64,000 bases of DNA from Candidatus Woesearchaeota archaeon (GCA_038891615.1 JAWADY010000001.1:227151-291150); one strand, 5' to 3'; shown: positions 20,601 through 29,588, counted from the first letter of the stretch. Made by a program: numbers and translations. Notes: generated from the letters alone by a model not told the origin.

Positions 20601-22067
20601 TACGCCTTACTTGGAAAACGCTGGGAAAGGCTTGAGACCAAAGCAGATGTTTCATCAAAAAGCTTATCTGCTTTTGTTCCAAATATTGGTGAATTATTAG
20701 ATTCAGAAAACAATGTGATATTCGCAGTGATCGGAATAAAATGCACTGCTTGCATTACACCTATTTTTGATAAAGTCTACGAGCTTCCTGGAGCCAGGAG
20801 GGCTCTTGTACTAGTACCAGGCCTTTTTGCTGAGGAAAATCCATTTGGGGCTTTAGTAGACGAATTTAGCTACACCAGACAACCTTGGCAGGTGTGGCGT
20901 TTCATGTATCCTGTGAAGATTAGGGAAAAGGTTTTGGCAAAAGAGCTCGCGGCAAGTCTTGAACAGCACAACCTTGAATATGATTCGATATACCTCGCAG
21001 GACACTCATTTGGAGGAATACTCATACAAGACGCACTAAACATAGCAAAGGCTGAAAAGCATGCTTGGCTTGGAAAAGTCAAAAAAGTAATCCTTGTTGG
21101 AACACCCAACGAAGGAAGTCCAACACTACAAGTCTACAAATCACTATTTGACGCCCTTGTCAACTTGAGAACAGGAATACGCCTCTTCGATGTCGATGCT
21201 GAAAATGTTAAGCTACTTGCCGAGCAAAAACCGATTGAGCGAGTTCCAGGAATAAACTATCAAGTAATTGCAGGAACAAAGCCGTTCGATTTCACAAAGC
21301 ACTTATTCGCAGAGCAAGAGAAAAATGATGGGATAATAACCACACGCAGTGCTCAAAGAATAGGCGATGTTTACATGAATGATAGCTGCCGCAATTATTA
21401 CGAAATAAACTTAACTCATATTGCACTTAATGACAATCCGCTTGCTTTGAGAGTTTTGTCAAGAATCATAAACAAAGAAATTGCAAGTGAAGAAAAAGCA
21501 AGAGCATTTGTTGGTTACAATCAATACTTCAAAATATCGATTGACAGATGTTCGCCAGAAGACAATTACATAATAATAGGTAAGCGTTTACGTGATGAAA
21601 AATTACCAGACCCTATTAACTGCGCTTGCGGAAACGGCTGGTGTGGGCTTGGCGAAGACGCAGAAAACTGTCCTAGCGACTGTGCAGTCTTATTCACTAC
21701 AGAAAAAACTTGTGAAATAATGCCAATCATTGTGGAACTATTACTAATTGTTCTTGTTAGCGCTATACTAGCGAGTGCATGGATTGGCTTCATTGATTTG
21801 AGACCGGTGCCTGGTTTGAAAATCTCTGCGCAAATCGCAGCCATCGGCGTAATTGTTGCATCAGTTGCACAGTTCTCCATATGCAGAGACTTTAGCATTG
21901 TGAGCCTTGTTGTAAAAGTTATCAAAATGGTCATACAAAATCTCAGACTTTTGATAATCATAACATTGATTACAATAGCCATATCATCATGGCTCATTAG
22001 CAAAAAAAAGTTGTTAAAAAACAAACATGAGCTACATGCGACTTCAAAAGCGGTGAAGTTAAGATAA
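14646..22067 (+). CDS. Giant (~2470 aa) multidomain surface protein with Ig-like repeats, alpha/beta hydrolase and C-terminal TM anchors
   Basis: Signal-like N-terminus, many NxS/T sequons, internal repeats, Pro linker, GHSFGG, CGNGxC motif, ~3 terminal TM helices; start may be TTG 14604. Confidence 0.85.
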   Translation: MSPKVALQGIWLLAVILVALNTLFPYTAFAFSQNTNIPSARSEENMQSTTNIAQNITDTNTAALNGSIVDTTIFNETNREASGFETNFLIPTDSQNNTQQSSIYSEVKSNATETVIVPSKNNESGLSENSIQESGLVEIKNHSDIKIICNTNSSKPSRDVINSSYNITTCNETLENKTSVLPNEINETIKELLGNESYFFWDRKIVNKHNGKKEIVNLKLKVPETLRSITKEIDALEKNALIKIREFDYNNEGIKGDIPEDKIKLAVLEEKIKEAINNRYEIVEFYPNLNSVKKIEFYDLIIEGGQISLGIEDLNKEGYVQSYAIDPTGLNFTKANVIVVAKGTELWKCKEWNFSEQVCHGDWVKIMDLSPGQEYTLTLTPEDPSFAETNYFPNGTHRAWFFEDNSIPSSQVPPFGTEYTSAEYTAVQASDNSYATFSAVTEGFHEVTQYEFIPSQSFTSINNFTITWEGFSTLISSGKGVNLYLRNFTGNSWFLATSTTNTSEQTLSYTTSNKANFVNPSNNKIWVMVESRGVVPLSHPISCPYLYIRTDNDYAKENDIFPYAIGNENKKTNYLVLNNRPTENDGEYYLKISEEKEETSYIDSVKLYAVEHPKDVKIAIDSEGNIYTYKNFKIYLSNRTYQDEQLQITFDDVKSSTARLLISSAVIPVKKDVIEYPAISIGEKYTYVPQETSDIKAFDISEYIKDGKINLTIQLVGKHRIDLLALDTSEQAKIKVRKLRPVATYLSKEKALIFEDGKYAVINKGESVELAYEKSNEIEERSFVVAVKGYYVPKKDVVEKILHELNKSSYIHKNRTMYVDFVRLTVQYTNFEPTITLFSPLNNTQFNNTQTVKFNFSAIDDLNKTLSCGIYLDNILNQTNSTTQNNTVTEFTIGGISFGSHTWFINCTDGSASNISEIRKFIIADAQAPGWSNNKNFPSSPATYSQTQTYQFNITWTDNTGLSTVLFEHNFTGVAANFSPTGFTGNTTNREYFYNYGPLAAGNYYWKSHANDTSGNTNSTATFLYTVNKATPTLNITLQPSSSVTYGTTTNASCTASTPQITPQLFRNETLVSNPDVGILAAGSYNYTCTATETQNYTAPTPQQAILTINKAATLTELRLNGNRANLTVTYPTPVNATANTSALIVNLYRNGILIASGNPATNTSVLAAGSYNYTAVNPGNQNYSSSFETWFATINQNTTTCNLAFNPPSPQTYPTAINASCSCTNPETKPSLFRNNTNVTATENNAFVTLPAGVWNYNCTSPQTQNYTYAENTSTYTVNKATPTLNITLQPSSTTTYGTTTNASCTASTPQVIPQLFRNGTLVTNPDISLLAAGSYNYTCTATETQNYTAPTPQQAILTINKATSEVNLLLNGNDANITATQFSIVNITAKLITPTSGLIDIFENGTLLSSGSSPLEVLKNYTTIGTYNITAVFNSTENYTSSFETHFLRIIPFQDTTPPTITSTSIKPKAAIVNRSVTINAIASDDFGVDTLFAIVTKPDSTNTTITLPAIFVPDTIGRYNVTFKANDSSGNNATAIEEFFTASEPLNFTINVKDGNQTAVNTTLTFLFQGTNEEVNTTNFVGNETIEQANTFFDMLFVAFNNALQVRLNSVNISANNNKTLGLDKLPTPVSGYLVSYALNNGSINFASAELRFSYANTSFSNEDNLKLDVCEEWNLTGRSCIGSFTNAPNATQNKTGDYFTVNVTSFSGFSIKEEAAPSGGRGRREEEAQPEITPPPPEVPPPAPPEIPPTPPEIPPAPTFEAPAPITQIFAGAEFSPNVPSASCMQVRKKVSEKIEIIPIDVTKFIAIPEGYEVIDQFRIECLNDDLEVTLNLPDYYTDLKALSCRANQCKELARVVSEREELICGEKTISTLKEEQLVAVKQILLPEEYPLIPAEEKTITAASRMISSDRNLIEFIGDIPTPFKARISSPNVSLPEPENPSIAIVGSPLLLSLDKKPPIAIKLIMPAPHIEGFDEESFTVYALLGKRWERLETKADVSSKSLSAFVPNIGELLDSENNVIFAVIGIKCTACITPIFDKVYELPGARRALVLVPGLFAEENPFGALVDEFSYTRQPWQVWRFMYPVKIREKVLAKELAASLEQHNLEYDSIYLAGHSFGGILIQDALNIAKAEKHAWLGKVKKVILVGTPNEGSPTLQVYKSLFDALVNLRTGIRLFDVDAENVKLLAEQKPIERVPGINYQVIAGTKPFDFTKHLFAEQEKNDGIITTRSAQRIGDVYMNDSCRNYYEINLTHIALNDNPLALRVLSRIINKEIASEEKARAFVGYNQYFKISIDRCSPEDNYIIIGKRLRDEKLPDPINCACGNGWCGLGEDAENCPSDCAVLFTTEKTCEIMPIIVELLLIVLVSAILASAWIGFIDLRPVPGLKISAQIAAIGVIVASVAQFSICRDFSIVSLVVKVIKMVIQNLRLLIIITLITIAISSWLISKKKLLKNKHELHATSKAVKLR
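17718..18736 (+). repeat. Direct repeat of ~263 bp (17718-17980 and 18474-18736) encoding duplicated Ig-like modules
   Basis: YTVNKATPTLNITLQPSS...QQAILTINKA occurs twice, offset 756 nt. Confidence 0.9.
19885..19926 (+). repeat. Two tandem 21-bp units in the Pro-rich linker
   Basis: cccctcctgaaataccgcct(a/g) x2. Confidence 0.8.
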
Positions 22068-22201
22068 AAAAGTGTCTGTTTTCACAAAAGGTTTTAGTAG
22101 GTGCGTACCGGTTGCTTTCATCTTAACTGCTCGATTACTGCTGCAGAATAAGCAAATGATGTTAAAAAATATGATTCTTAATCAAAAGAACTTAACTTTT
22201 A

Positions 22202-22594
22202 TTAAGGAATCATCTCTATCTTTTTCTTGACAAGCTCAAGAAAATCATCGAAATTTCTTGCTGTCTTTCTGCAATAAGGAAGTTTACTTAAAAGATTTTC
22301 TGCACAAAAAGAAAAATAAGCGTCGAGCTCGTCTGAATTTGCATGGAAATCATAAAACCCGCCACTTGAATAAACCTCTTCGCTTGAAGTTTGGGCATAC
22401 CCTTTTGCCTTTTCTATCAACAGATTTAGTGGAAGGTAAAGCTCCTTCTCCGAAATCTTAGAAAGGATGTGTTCAACATCGCTGAAGGTTAATTCTTTTT
22501 TAGCGATGGCAGAAAGGATATCTTCAAGCTTTAGAGCACCAGCACAAGCATCCTCAACTATACATGCTTTTATATTTGAAGGATTTTGTAACAA
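22202..22594 (-). CDS. Hypothetical protein
   Basis: 130-aa ORF; GGGGT upstream of the TTG start. Confidence 0.55.
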   Translation of the reverse strand: MLQNPSNIKACIVEDACAGALKLEDILSAIAKKELTFSDVEHILSKISEKELYLPLNLLIEKAKGYAQTSSEEVYSSGGFYDFHANSDELDAYFSFCAENLLSKLPYCRKTARNFDDFLELVKKKIEMIP

Positions 22595-22715
22595 TTTGAC
22601 ACCCCAATTTGATGGAAAGGCAGTCCGCCTTGCGATAGCAAAGACAAAGTGCGAACGTCCTCACCCACCGATGGAACATTAGCTGTGTTTAAAGCAATAT
22701 TTAAAGCTTTTTATC

Positions 22716-23552
22716 CTATACTTCAAAGCGCTTGCACATGATTATGGAATTCAACCGATAGAGGCATTCGCCTGATGAAGCGTTATATGCAACCGATTTG
22801 AAAACAAAGATATTTTTCCTTGAATTTACAATTTCTGATGTTATTTTTATTTTTTCTTCAGGCACCAAAATATAAAGGTATGGAAAAACATCTATCTCAT
22901 GTTTTGCATAAACAGGAAAATGAAATGTGGTTAGCCCTTTATCTTTTTTTATAGTCCTTCTCGCAATTTCTGCAATTGAGTTTGAAGAAAGTGAAATGAC
23001 ATAAGCCACAAATGTTAGCTCTTCGTCTGCCTTGCAAATGTTGTTACTAATGCACTCTTTAATGCCTTCAATGCTTTTCTTTTTTAAAATGTAATATTTT
23101 GATACAGCGCTTTGCAAAGGAATTCCGTCAAGCCTTGCCTCCTTTTGGTCTAATCTAGGCCATCTCGCATAAACAATCTCAGACTCTAAACAATCTCTTT
23201 CATTCTGGCACAAATAAACTTTTATACGCTTCTCAATGCACTCTGAGGAATCATTATCATGTTTAGGAGAAATATCAATGCACCGTGCAGCGAAAGGCTT
23301 TTCAGGCAGCAGTTGATGGTTGAATTTTGTAGTTTGTGAGGAGTATTTAGGATAAGGAGGAAATGTAATACTTTTGGTTGCAAACTTATAACCCAAAAGT
23401 GCTGCAAGGAATTCTGTCTGGAATCCAGGAAGGATGGCATTTGGTCCCGTATGAACCTCTTTGTTAGGGTCTTCTGTGAGCTCAATAAACCTCTTAGCGC
23501 TATCTAATGTTATCAACAGGTCTGAATAGGTTTCTGAAAAGGACATCGGCAC
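22716..23552 (-). CDS. Hypothetical protein, possible MaoC/hot-dog fold
   Basis: ITLDSAKRFIELTEDPNKEVH...ILPG resembles the MaoC hydratase motif. Confidence 0.5.
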   Translation of the reverse strand: MPMSFSETYSDLLITLDSAKRFIELTEDPNKEVHTGPNAILPGFQTEFLAALLGYKFATKSITFPPYPKYSSQTTKFNHQLLPEKPFAARCIDISPKHDNDSSECIEKRIKVYLCQNERDCLESEIVYARWPRLDQKEARLDGIPLQSAVSKYYILKKKSIEGIKECISNNICKADEELTFVAYVISLSSNSIAEIARRTIKKDKGLTTFHFPVYAKHEIDVFPYLYILVPEEKIKITSEIVNSRKNIFVFKSVAYNASSGECLYRLNSIIMCKRFEV

Positions 23553-23588
23553 GCATTTTATGCCGACAGGTATTTAAACCTTTGGAAC

Positions 23589-24152
23589 GTGCAAGAAAAA
23601 ATGAAACAGCTAAGAATAGTCATCTCAGGTACGCCAGGCTCCGGTAAGTCTACATTGGCAAAGGCGCTAGCAAAAAGGCTTGGTTTGAAGCGATTTTCAG
23701 CAGGGGACTTTGCACGACAGCTTGCTGCTGAAAGGGGCCTTACAATTCTTAAACTTAACAAACTTGCAGAAGAAGACCCACAGATCGATATGGAGATAGA
23801 CAAAAGAACAATCGAGCTGGGCAAAAAAGAACGGTCGTTTGTTATGGACAGCAGAATTGCATGGAATTTTATCCCCCAAAGTGTGAAAATATTTCTCAAA
23901 GCAGACCCAAATATCGCTGCTAAGAGAATTTTTAAAGATTTAAGGCCTGTTGAGCAGGAAAACACCTCTATCGAAAAGGTGCAGAAAAACATCAAAAAGA
24001 GGACTGCTTCTGAAAGGGCAAGATATAAGAAACTCTATAGCATTGATTTTACAGACGAATCAAACTATGACCTTGTGATTGACACAAGCCATCTTAGCCC
24101 TGCCCAGGTGCTTAAGAGAGTCATGCGCTTTCTAAAAACCAAAGGCTTTTAA
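23589..24152 (+). CDS. cmk: Cytidylate kinase, archaeal type
   Basis: ISGTPGSGKST, SAGDFAR, SERARYKKLY, YDLVIDT. Confidence 0.9.
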   Translation: MQEKMKQLRIVISGTPGSGKSTLAKALAKRLGLKRFSAGDFARQLAAERGLTILKLNKLAEEDPQIDMEIDKRTIELGKKERSFVMDSRIAWNFIPQSVKIFLKADPNIAAKRIFKDLRPVEQENTSIEKVQKNIKKRTASERARYKKLYSIDFTDESNYDLVIDTSHLSPAQVLKRVMRFLKTKGF

Positions 24153-24175
24153 AGCAAACGAAAAGTTAAAGGTCC

Positions 24176-24895
24176 ATGCCAATAAGAAAAAAAGATTTCA
24201 TCGAGATTGAGTTTACTGGAAAGCTGAAGGAGGACGGTTCTGTTTTTGACACAACAAATGAAGCAATTGCGCATTCTTCAGGCATTTATTCGCCAAATGC
24301 AAGCTATGGTCCACTCATCATTTGCATTGGACAAAAGCAAATATTGCCGGGACTTGAAGCTAGGATTGAGGGCAAAGAACCTGGGAGCTACACAATTGAG
24401 CTCAAGCCTGAGGAGGCATTTGGCACAAAAGACCCAAAACTTCTACAACTTATACCGTTAAAAAAATTTCTTCAGCAGGGTATCAGGCCCATCGCAGGCT
24501 TACAAATCAATATTGATGGCGCAGTTGGAACTGTTCGCGCAGTTTCAGGAGGGAGATGTGTTGTTGATTTTAATCACCCCCTCGCTGGCAAGGGAGTCGT
24601 TTACGAAGTAAAAATAAATCGGATTGTTTCTGACAAAAAGGAGCAGCTTTCAAGCCTTCTTAAAATGTTTGGCGAAAAAGAGGCTGAAGTCGTGATTGAA
24701 GGCGAAAAGGCAATAATTAAGTTGAAAAAAGAGCTTCCAGAGCTCTTCAGAGAAAAACTTAAAGAAATGTCAAAGGAACTTGTTGGACTTTCGATAGAAT
24801 TCGTTACTCAATCACTAGAGAAAGTCAATGGCTCTACCGCACCACAGGAAAAAGAGAAAATTGTGACAGAGAAAAAAGAAAGCCAAGCTTCATAA
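24176..24895 (+). CDS. Long-type FKBP peptidyl-prolyl isomerase
   Basis: VFDTT, PEEAFG, DFNHPLAGK. Confidence 0.92.
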   Translation: MPIRKKDFIEIEFTGKLKEDGSVFDTTNEAIAHSSGIYSPNASYGPLIICIGQKQILPGLEARIEGKEPGSYTIELKPEEAFGTKDPKLLQLIPLKKFLQQGIRPIAGLQINIDGAVGTVRAVSGGRCVVDFNHPLAGKGVVYEVKINRIVSDKKEQLSSLLKMFGEKEAEVVIEGEKAIIKLKKELPELFREKLKEMSKELVGLSIEFVTQSLEKVNGSTAPQEKEKIVTEKKESQAS

Positions 24896-25049
24896 ACAGA
24901 TAAGCACTAATAAAGAAAAGGCAATAAGTAGAACTGCATGTGTAAGTGTAAAAATAATCACTCTCTGCTGGCTAAGAGTTGCTACTTTATCACAATAAAA
25001 TTTAAATAGTCAGGCACAAGAGCTCAGAGCATTCCTGAGGTGGGAAGTA

Positions 25050-26168
25050 ATGGATTCAACAAGGCCTGCTGTACAGGCTAACGATGTCTTGAGCAACCCA
25101 AAAATTATTCAGGTCCGCCAAAACGAGGTTGATAAAGAGCTTGAGGAGCTGCTTGCAAAGCAAAAGGCTTCTATAAAAGTTGTTGGATGCGGCGGGGCTG
25201 GAAACAATACCATAAACAGAATAACAGAAGTTGGAATTACTGGGGCAGAGACAATTGCAATTAATACAGATGCGCAAGACCTTCTTTATACTACTGCTGA
25301 TAAGAAAATATTGATTGGTCGAGAAATAACCAAAGGCTTAGGTGCTGGCTCTGACCCAAAGCTTGGTGAAGAAGCTGCTAGGGAATCAGAACATGAAATA
25401 AAAAATGCCATTGTAGGAGCAGATATGGTTTTTATAACATGCGGATTAGGGGGAGGAACAGGGACAGGTTCTGCACCTGTCGTCGCAGAGCTCGCACAAA
25501 AGGCAGGAGCGTTAACTGTCGCAATAGTAACAATGCCTTTTACAATGGAAGGGAACAGACGGTATGAAAATGCTGTGACTGGTCTTGAAAAACTAGAAAA
25601 TGTAACAGATACACTCATAGTCATCCCAAACGACAAACTTTTGGAGCTTTGCCCAGACCTTCCATTGCAGACGGCATTCAAGGTTGCTGATGAGATACTG
25701 ACAAATGCTGTTAAAGGGATTGCAGAGCTTGTTACAAGGGCAGGACTTGTCAACCTTGACTTTGCAGACATAAGGGCTGTAATGAAAAATGGTGGCGTTG
25801 CACTCATTGGTGTTGGGGAATCGGACTCAAACAACAGGGCAATTGAGGCAGTGGAGAAGGCAATTAACAACCCCCTCCTTGATGTAGACATTACAGGAGC
25901 CACTGGCGCACTCATTAACATTGCAGGAAGCAAGGACCTGACACTTGCTGAGGCAAAAAAGGTTGTTGAAGCGGTTAGCTCAAAACTTGCTGAGGATGCA
26001 AAAATAATCTGGGGTGCGCAGATATATGAAGACCTAGGCAACACGCTCAGGGCAATGCTCATTGTTACAGGTGTACGTTCTCCACAGATTTTTGGTGTCG
26101 AGCACAAAATAACGGCTGAACAAAAAAAGGAGATAGAACAGGAACTCGGGATTGAGTTTGTGGATTAA
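25050..26168 (+). CDS. ftsZ: Cell division protein FtsZ
   Basis: [21 protein letters not shown]. Confidence 0.98.
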   Translation: MDSTRPAVQANDVLSNPKIIQVRQNEVDKELEELLAKQKASIKVVGCGGAGNNTINRITEVGITGAETIAINTDAQDLLYTTADKKILIGREITKGLGAGSDPKLGEEAARESEHEIKNAIVGADMVFITCGLGGGTGTGSAPVVAELAQKAGALTVAIVTMPFTMEGNRRYENAVTGLEKLENVTDTLIVIPNDKLLELCPDLPLQTAFKVADEILTNAVKGIAELVTRAGLVNLDFADIRAVMKNGGVALIGVGESDSNNRAIEAVEKAINNPLLDVDITGATGALINIAGSKDLTLAEAKKVVEAVSSKLAEDAKIIWGAQIYEDLGNTLRAMLIVTGVRSPQIFGVEHKITAEQKKEIEQELGIEFVD

Positions 26169-26234
26169 AATCCCTTCTTTCTGTTATTTGAATTTCACAA
26201 AACTTTAAAAAGCGCTTCTCCAAAGCTCAAAAAA

Positions 26235-26567
26235 ATGGTGGAAGAATACAACCCTATCGAAACCGGACAAGAAGGTCAGCAAGGCAAGCCAACATTTCCA
26301 GAAGGAATAAATCGAAAATCAGAAGGGCCTGAAAGAGAACCTGCCAAACAGCAAACACAGATTATTAGCCCTACTGAACCTGGCGTGCTTTCAAAGCTAA
26401 CCACAAAACTAAAGGAATTTTCAAAGGAATGCGGCAGAGTTCTTCGTGTGACAAAAAAACCAGACAGTGATGAGTACAAACTAGTTGTGAAGATTGCAGG
26501 AATAGGCATTCTTATTATTGGGTTTGTTGGCTTCCTGATACATTTTTTAAAAGAGCTCCTGCTATAA
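26235..26567 (+). CDS. secE: Translocase SecE/Sec61-gamma with N-terminal extension
   Basis: RVLRVTKKPDSDEY plus one TM helix; lies between ftsZ and spt5. Confidence 0.9.
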   Translation: MVEEYNPIETGQEGQQGKPTFPEGINRKSEGPEREPAKQQTQIISPTEPGVLSKLTTKLKEFSKECGRVLRVTKKPDSDEYKLVVKIAGIGILIIGFVGFLIHFLKELLL

Positions 26568-26656
26568 AGCAAGCACATACATTTAAAATCCTTTATAAGC
26601 ATGAAGCCATCGCAAAGCGCTTGGTTTTTGACTTTAAGTAGCAATCGCAAGGACCA

Positions 26657-26672
26657 GAAAAATTTTTAAAGC
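26657..26672 (+). promoter_or_regulatory. Archaeal BRE/TATA-like promoter (example of a recurring motif)
   Basis: gaaaaatttttaaa ~25 nt before spt5; similar A-rich plus TTTAAA elements precede gltX, secE, the wHTH gene, rpl15e and ileS. Confidence 0.55.
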
Positions 26673-26695
26673 ATGTAAAAAGGAGCCGAAATGAG

Positions 26696-27184
26696 ATGGT
26701 TGATGAAAAGAAAACAGCTATATTTGCGGTTAGAACGACTGCAAACCGTGAAGACCAGGTAATGGACTTTATAGCCTCAAACGTAAAGAAAAAAAAGATA
26801 GAGGTTTATTCTATAATAAGGCCTCATGGAATGCGTGGATACATTTTTGTTGAGGCACTTAACAGACAGGCTGCAGAACTTTCTGCACAAGGAGTGCCAT
26901 ACGCAAAAGGCCTTCTGCCGAAAGAAATAGAATACAAAGAAATAGAACACATGCTTGAACAAGTCAAATACGAAATGAACATACAGAAAAATGACATCGT
27001 TGAGATAATTTCAGGACCATTTAAGCGCTCACAAGCAAAAGTAACGAGAATAGATAAACAAAAAGAAGAAGTTGTTGTGGAGCTTCTTGAAGCAGCTGTT
27101 CCGATACCTATAAGCTTAAGGATGGACGCGGTTAAAGTCATAAGACGCGAAGGAGCTCCTGAAAAAGAAGAAGGAGAGGAATAA
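26696..27184 (+). CDS. spt5: Transcription elongation factor Spt5
   Basis: GYIFVEA, KOW motif VEIISGPFK, VPIPI. Confidence 0.93.
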   Translation: MVDEKKTAIFAVRTTANREDQVMDFIASNVKKKKIEVYSIIRPHGMRGYIFVEALNRQAAELSAQGVPYAKGLLPKEIEYKEIEHMLEQVKYEMNIQKNDIVEIISGPFKRSQAKVTRIDKQKEEVVVELLEAAVPIPISLRMDAVKVIRREGAPEKEEGEE

Positions 27185-27945
27185 TGGCAAAGCAGGTTGT
27201 TGAGGCACTGATTGAAGGTGGAAAGGCAACAGCCGCACCACCACTGGGACCAGCGCTTGGCCCTCTTGGAGTAAACATTGGTCAGGTTATTTCTGAAATA
27301 AACAAAAAAACTTCTGAGTTTAAAGGCGTTCAGGTTCCTGTCAAAATAATTGTGGAAACAACCGATAAGTCTTTCACAATAAGCGTTGGAACTCCTCCAA
27401 CCTCTGCGCTTGTGAAAAAGGAGGCTGGAATAGAGAAAGGCTCTGGCGATCCGCTTCGCGACAAGGTTGCCAACATAAGGATAGAGCAAGTAATAAAAAT
27501 TGCAAAGATGAAATCAGATAGCTTGCTTGGTAAGGGAACTTTTGCAAGAGTAAAGGAAGTGCTGGGAACATGCAATAGCATGGGGGTAATGGTTGAGGGC
27601 AGACCTGCAAAGGAAATCATTGAAGCTATTAACAAAGGAGAATTCAAGGAAGAAATTGCTGCTGAAAAGACAGAGCTCAGCGCAGAGGAACTAAAGCAGA
27701 TTGAAGAAGAGAAAAAGAAGCTTCAGGCGGAGCTTGAGAAGAAGAGAGCTGAATACACAGCGATTGCAAAGCAAATAATTGAGAGCATGGCTGGCAAGCC
27801 TCGCGGAACAATAAGAGCAAAACTAGTTGAAGCAAAAATTCCAGCTGCTCTAATAGAAGAACTTCTCGCAGCTGCCGCAGCGCCAACCGGAGCTCCACCA
27901 GAAGCCTCCAAGACAGCAACTGTTGCTCAGCCCAAAAAGGAATGA
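27184..27945 (+). CDS. rpl11: Ribosomal protein uL11 with long C-terminal extension
   Basis: GGKATAAPPLGPALGP, PPTSAL, GTCNSMG. Confidence 0.93.
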   Translation: MAKQVVEALIEGGKATAAPPLGPALGPLGVNIGQVISEINKKTSEFKGVQVPVKIIVETTDKSFTISVGTPPTSALVKKEAGIEKGSGDPLRDKVANIRIEQVIKIAKMKSDSLLGKGTFARVKEVLGTCNSMGVMVEGRPAKEIIEAINKGEFKEEIAAEKTELSAEELKQIEEEKKKLQAELEKKRAEYTAIAKQIIESMAGKPRGTIRAKLVEAKIPAALIEELLAAAAAPTGAPPEASKTATVAQPKKE

Positions 27946-28024
27946 GCAGCATTAGGAAGGCGTGATATTTTAGCACTAAAACAACAACACAAGGCTTAAA
28001 AATACATTATGCCTTCTTTTAAAG

Positions 28025-28594
28025 ATGCTAAAGAGGCTGAAGGTTTTACTAGCCCTTGCAGTTCTCGTAATACTTGTGTTAGTGCTTTTCAGCTCAGCAA
28101 GCGAAAATCCATTTTCAGGGTTCATCTCAGGCGAAATAAAAAGCCAGCAAACAAATCTAATTTTTTTAGAAAACCAATCAATAAAACTTAAGCCTGCTGG
28201 CATCTTACCGCGGCTGAGTCAATTCTGGATAAGTGGTAAAGCAAACGGAGAGTTCATTGCAGTGACTCTAAGTGATGGTAAAAGAGAGCTACTTGTTTAT
28301 GAAAAGAGAGAAAGAACATTGACACCTGCCTTTGGGCTCATCACAGCCTCTTCGGTTTTTGGGACTGGAGAAGGCAAAGCATTCGAGCTTGTGAAGGATG
28401 AAAGAACAGCTTTCAGCCCACAACAACCTGAGCACACAACCCGCCAAGAGAAAAACTTTTTTTATAGCTGCATCCAAACCTGCACAATACCGCAGGATTT
28501 CTACAACAGCAATGGCTATGAGCTTAGAGTCTATCTTTCGCCTGACGCAACGCTTGAGATATACGAATTCAGTTATTCCTTTGCATCAGATTGA
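28025..28594 (+). CDS. Hypothetical secreted or membrane-anchored protein
   Basis: Basic plus hydrophobic N-terminus; CxxTC motif. Confidence 0.65.
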   Translation: MLKRLKVLLALAVLVILVLVLFSSASENPFSGFISGEIKSQQTNLIFLENQSIKLKPAGILPRLSQFWISGKANGEFIAVTLSDGKRELLVYEKRERTLTPAFGLITASSVFGTGEGKAFELVKDERTAFSPQQPEHTTRQEKNFFYSCIQTCTIPQDFYNSNGYELRVYLSPDATLEIYEFSYSFASD

Positions 28595-28595
28595 C

Positions 28596-29588
28596 ATGCC
28601 ACAAGCAGCACTAAAAGCCATTCCAGGAGCAGATAAGATTTTATTCAAGGAAAAATTTATACAAAGGTACTCACGACTGACAAACTGGGAGCTTTTTAAG
28701 AAATATTCTCTTTCTTTTCTGAGAAAATCTATCAGAGTGAATACTATAAAGAGTTCTGTTGAGGAGCTCAAGCAGCGCTTGTCAAAAGAATGGCTGCTCG
28801 AACCAATTCCGTGGTGCAAGGAAGGCTTTTGGATTGAACACTCTGGGGGAAGGCTTGACATTGGCAACACCATTGAGCATAGTCTTGGCTACATTTATGT
28901 CCAAGAGGCAGCCTCGATGATTCCTCCAGTTGTTCTCAATCCAAAAGCCGGAGAAAGCGTTCTTGATATGTGCGCAGCCCCTGGTTCAAAGGCTTCACAG
29001 ATTGCACAACTAATGGAGAACTCTGGCGCTCTGGTCGCAAATGACATCACTGGCGAGCGGCTTGCAGCGCTTGGAATGAATCTGCAACGGATGGGAATTG
29101 TAAATGCAGTCATAACACAAATTCGTGGAGAGCGCTTTGCTAAGCTTTCAAGCGCGCTTGGCTTAAAAAAAGAGAAAAGGCTGCTTGAGTTTGATAAGGT
29201 TCTTGTTGATGCGCCATGTTCAGGAACTGGGACAATCAGAAAAAGCCTAAAGACGGTACAAATGTGGAATCCGGACATGGTAAAGAGGCTTTCAGGGCTA
29301 CAAAAGGCATTGATTGCCAGCGCATTTTCAATACTTAAATCAGGAGGAATTCTTGTTTACAGCACGTGCTCTTTAGAACCTGAAGAAAATGAAGAGGTTG
29401 TTGACTGGCTCATAAAAAAATTTCCTGACGCAAAGCTCATTCCATTTGAGCTTGAAATAAAAAGAAGTCCAGCAGTGCTTGAATTTGATGGTAAGATATA
29501 TAGTCAAGAGGTGAAGAAGTGCCTTCGAATATGGCCTCAAGACAATGATACCGAAGGCTTTTTTGTTGCAAAAATCTTAAAAAGATAA
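28596..29588 (+). CDS. RsmB/NOP2 family RNA m5C methyltransferase
   Basis: QEAASM, LDMCAAPGSK, DAPCSGTG, YSTCS. Confidence 0.95.
   Translation: MPQAALKAIPGADKILFKEKFIQRYSRLTNWELFKKYSLSFLRKSIRVNTIKSSVEELKQRLSKEWLLEPIPWCKEGFWIEHSGGRLDIGNTIEHSLGYIYVQEAASMIPPVVLNPKAGESVLDMCAAPGSKASQIAQLMENSGALVANDITGERLAALGMNLQRMGIVNAVITQIRGERFAKLSSALGLKKEKRLLEFDKVLVDAPCSGTGTIRKSLKTVQMWNPDMVKRLSGLQKALIASAFSILKSGGILVYSTCSLEPEENEEVVDWLIKKFPDAKLIPFELEIKRSPAVLEFDGKIYSQEVKKCLRIWPQDNDTEGFFVAKILKR

Noticed and set aside
25286-26107. Long antisense ORFs (here and over copA, thermosome, spt5, pgk and the giant gene)
   Set aside because: Shadows of well-supported genes on the opposite strand
28398-28595. N-terminal extensions from the ORF track (methyltransferase; also 31315, 35808, 40061, 59735)
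   Set aside because: They overlap neighbouring genes or promoters; downstream starts match the family N-termini
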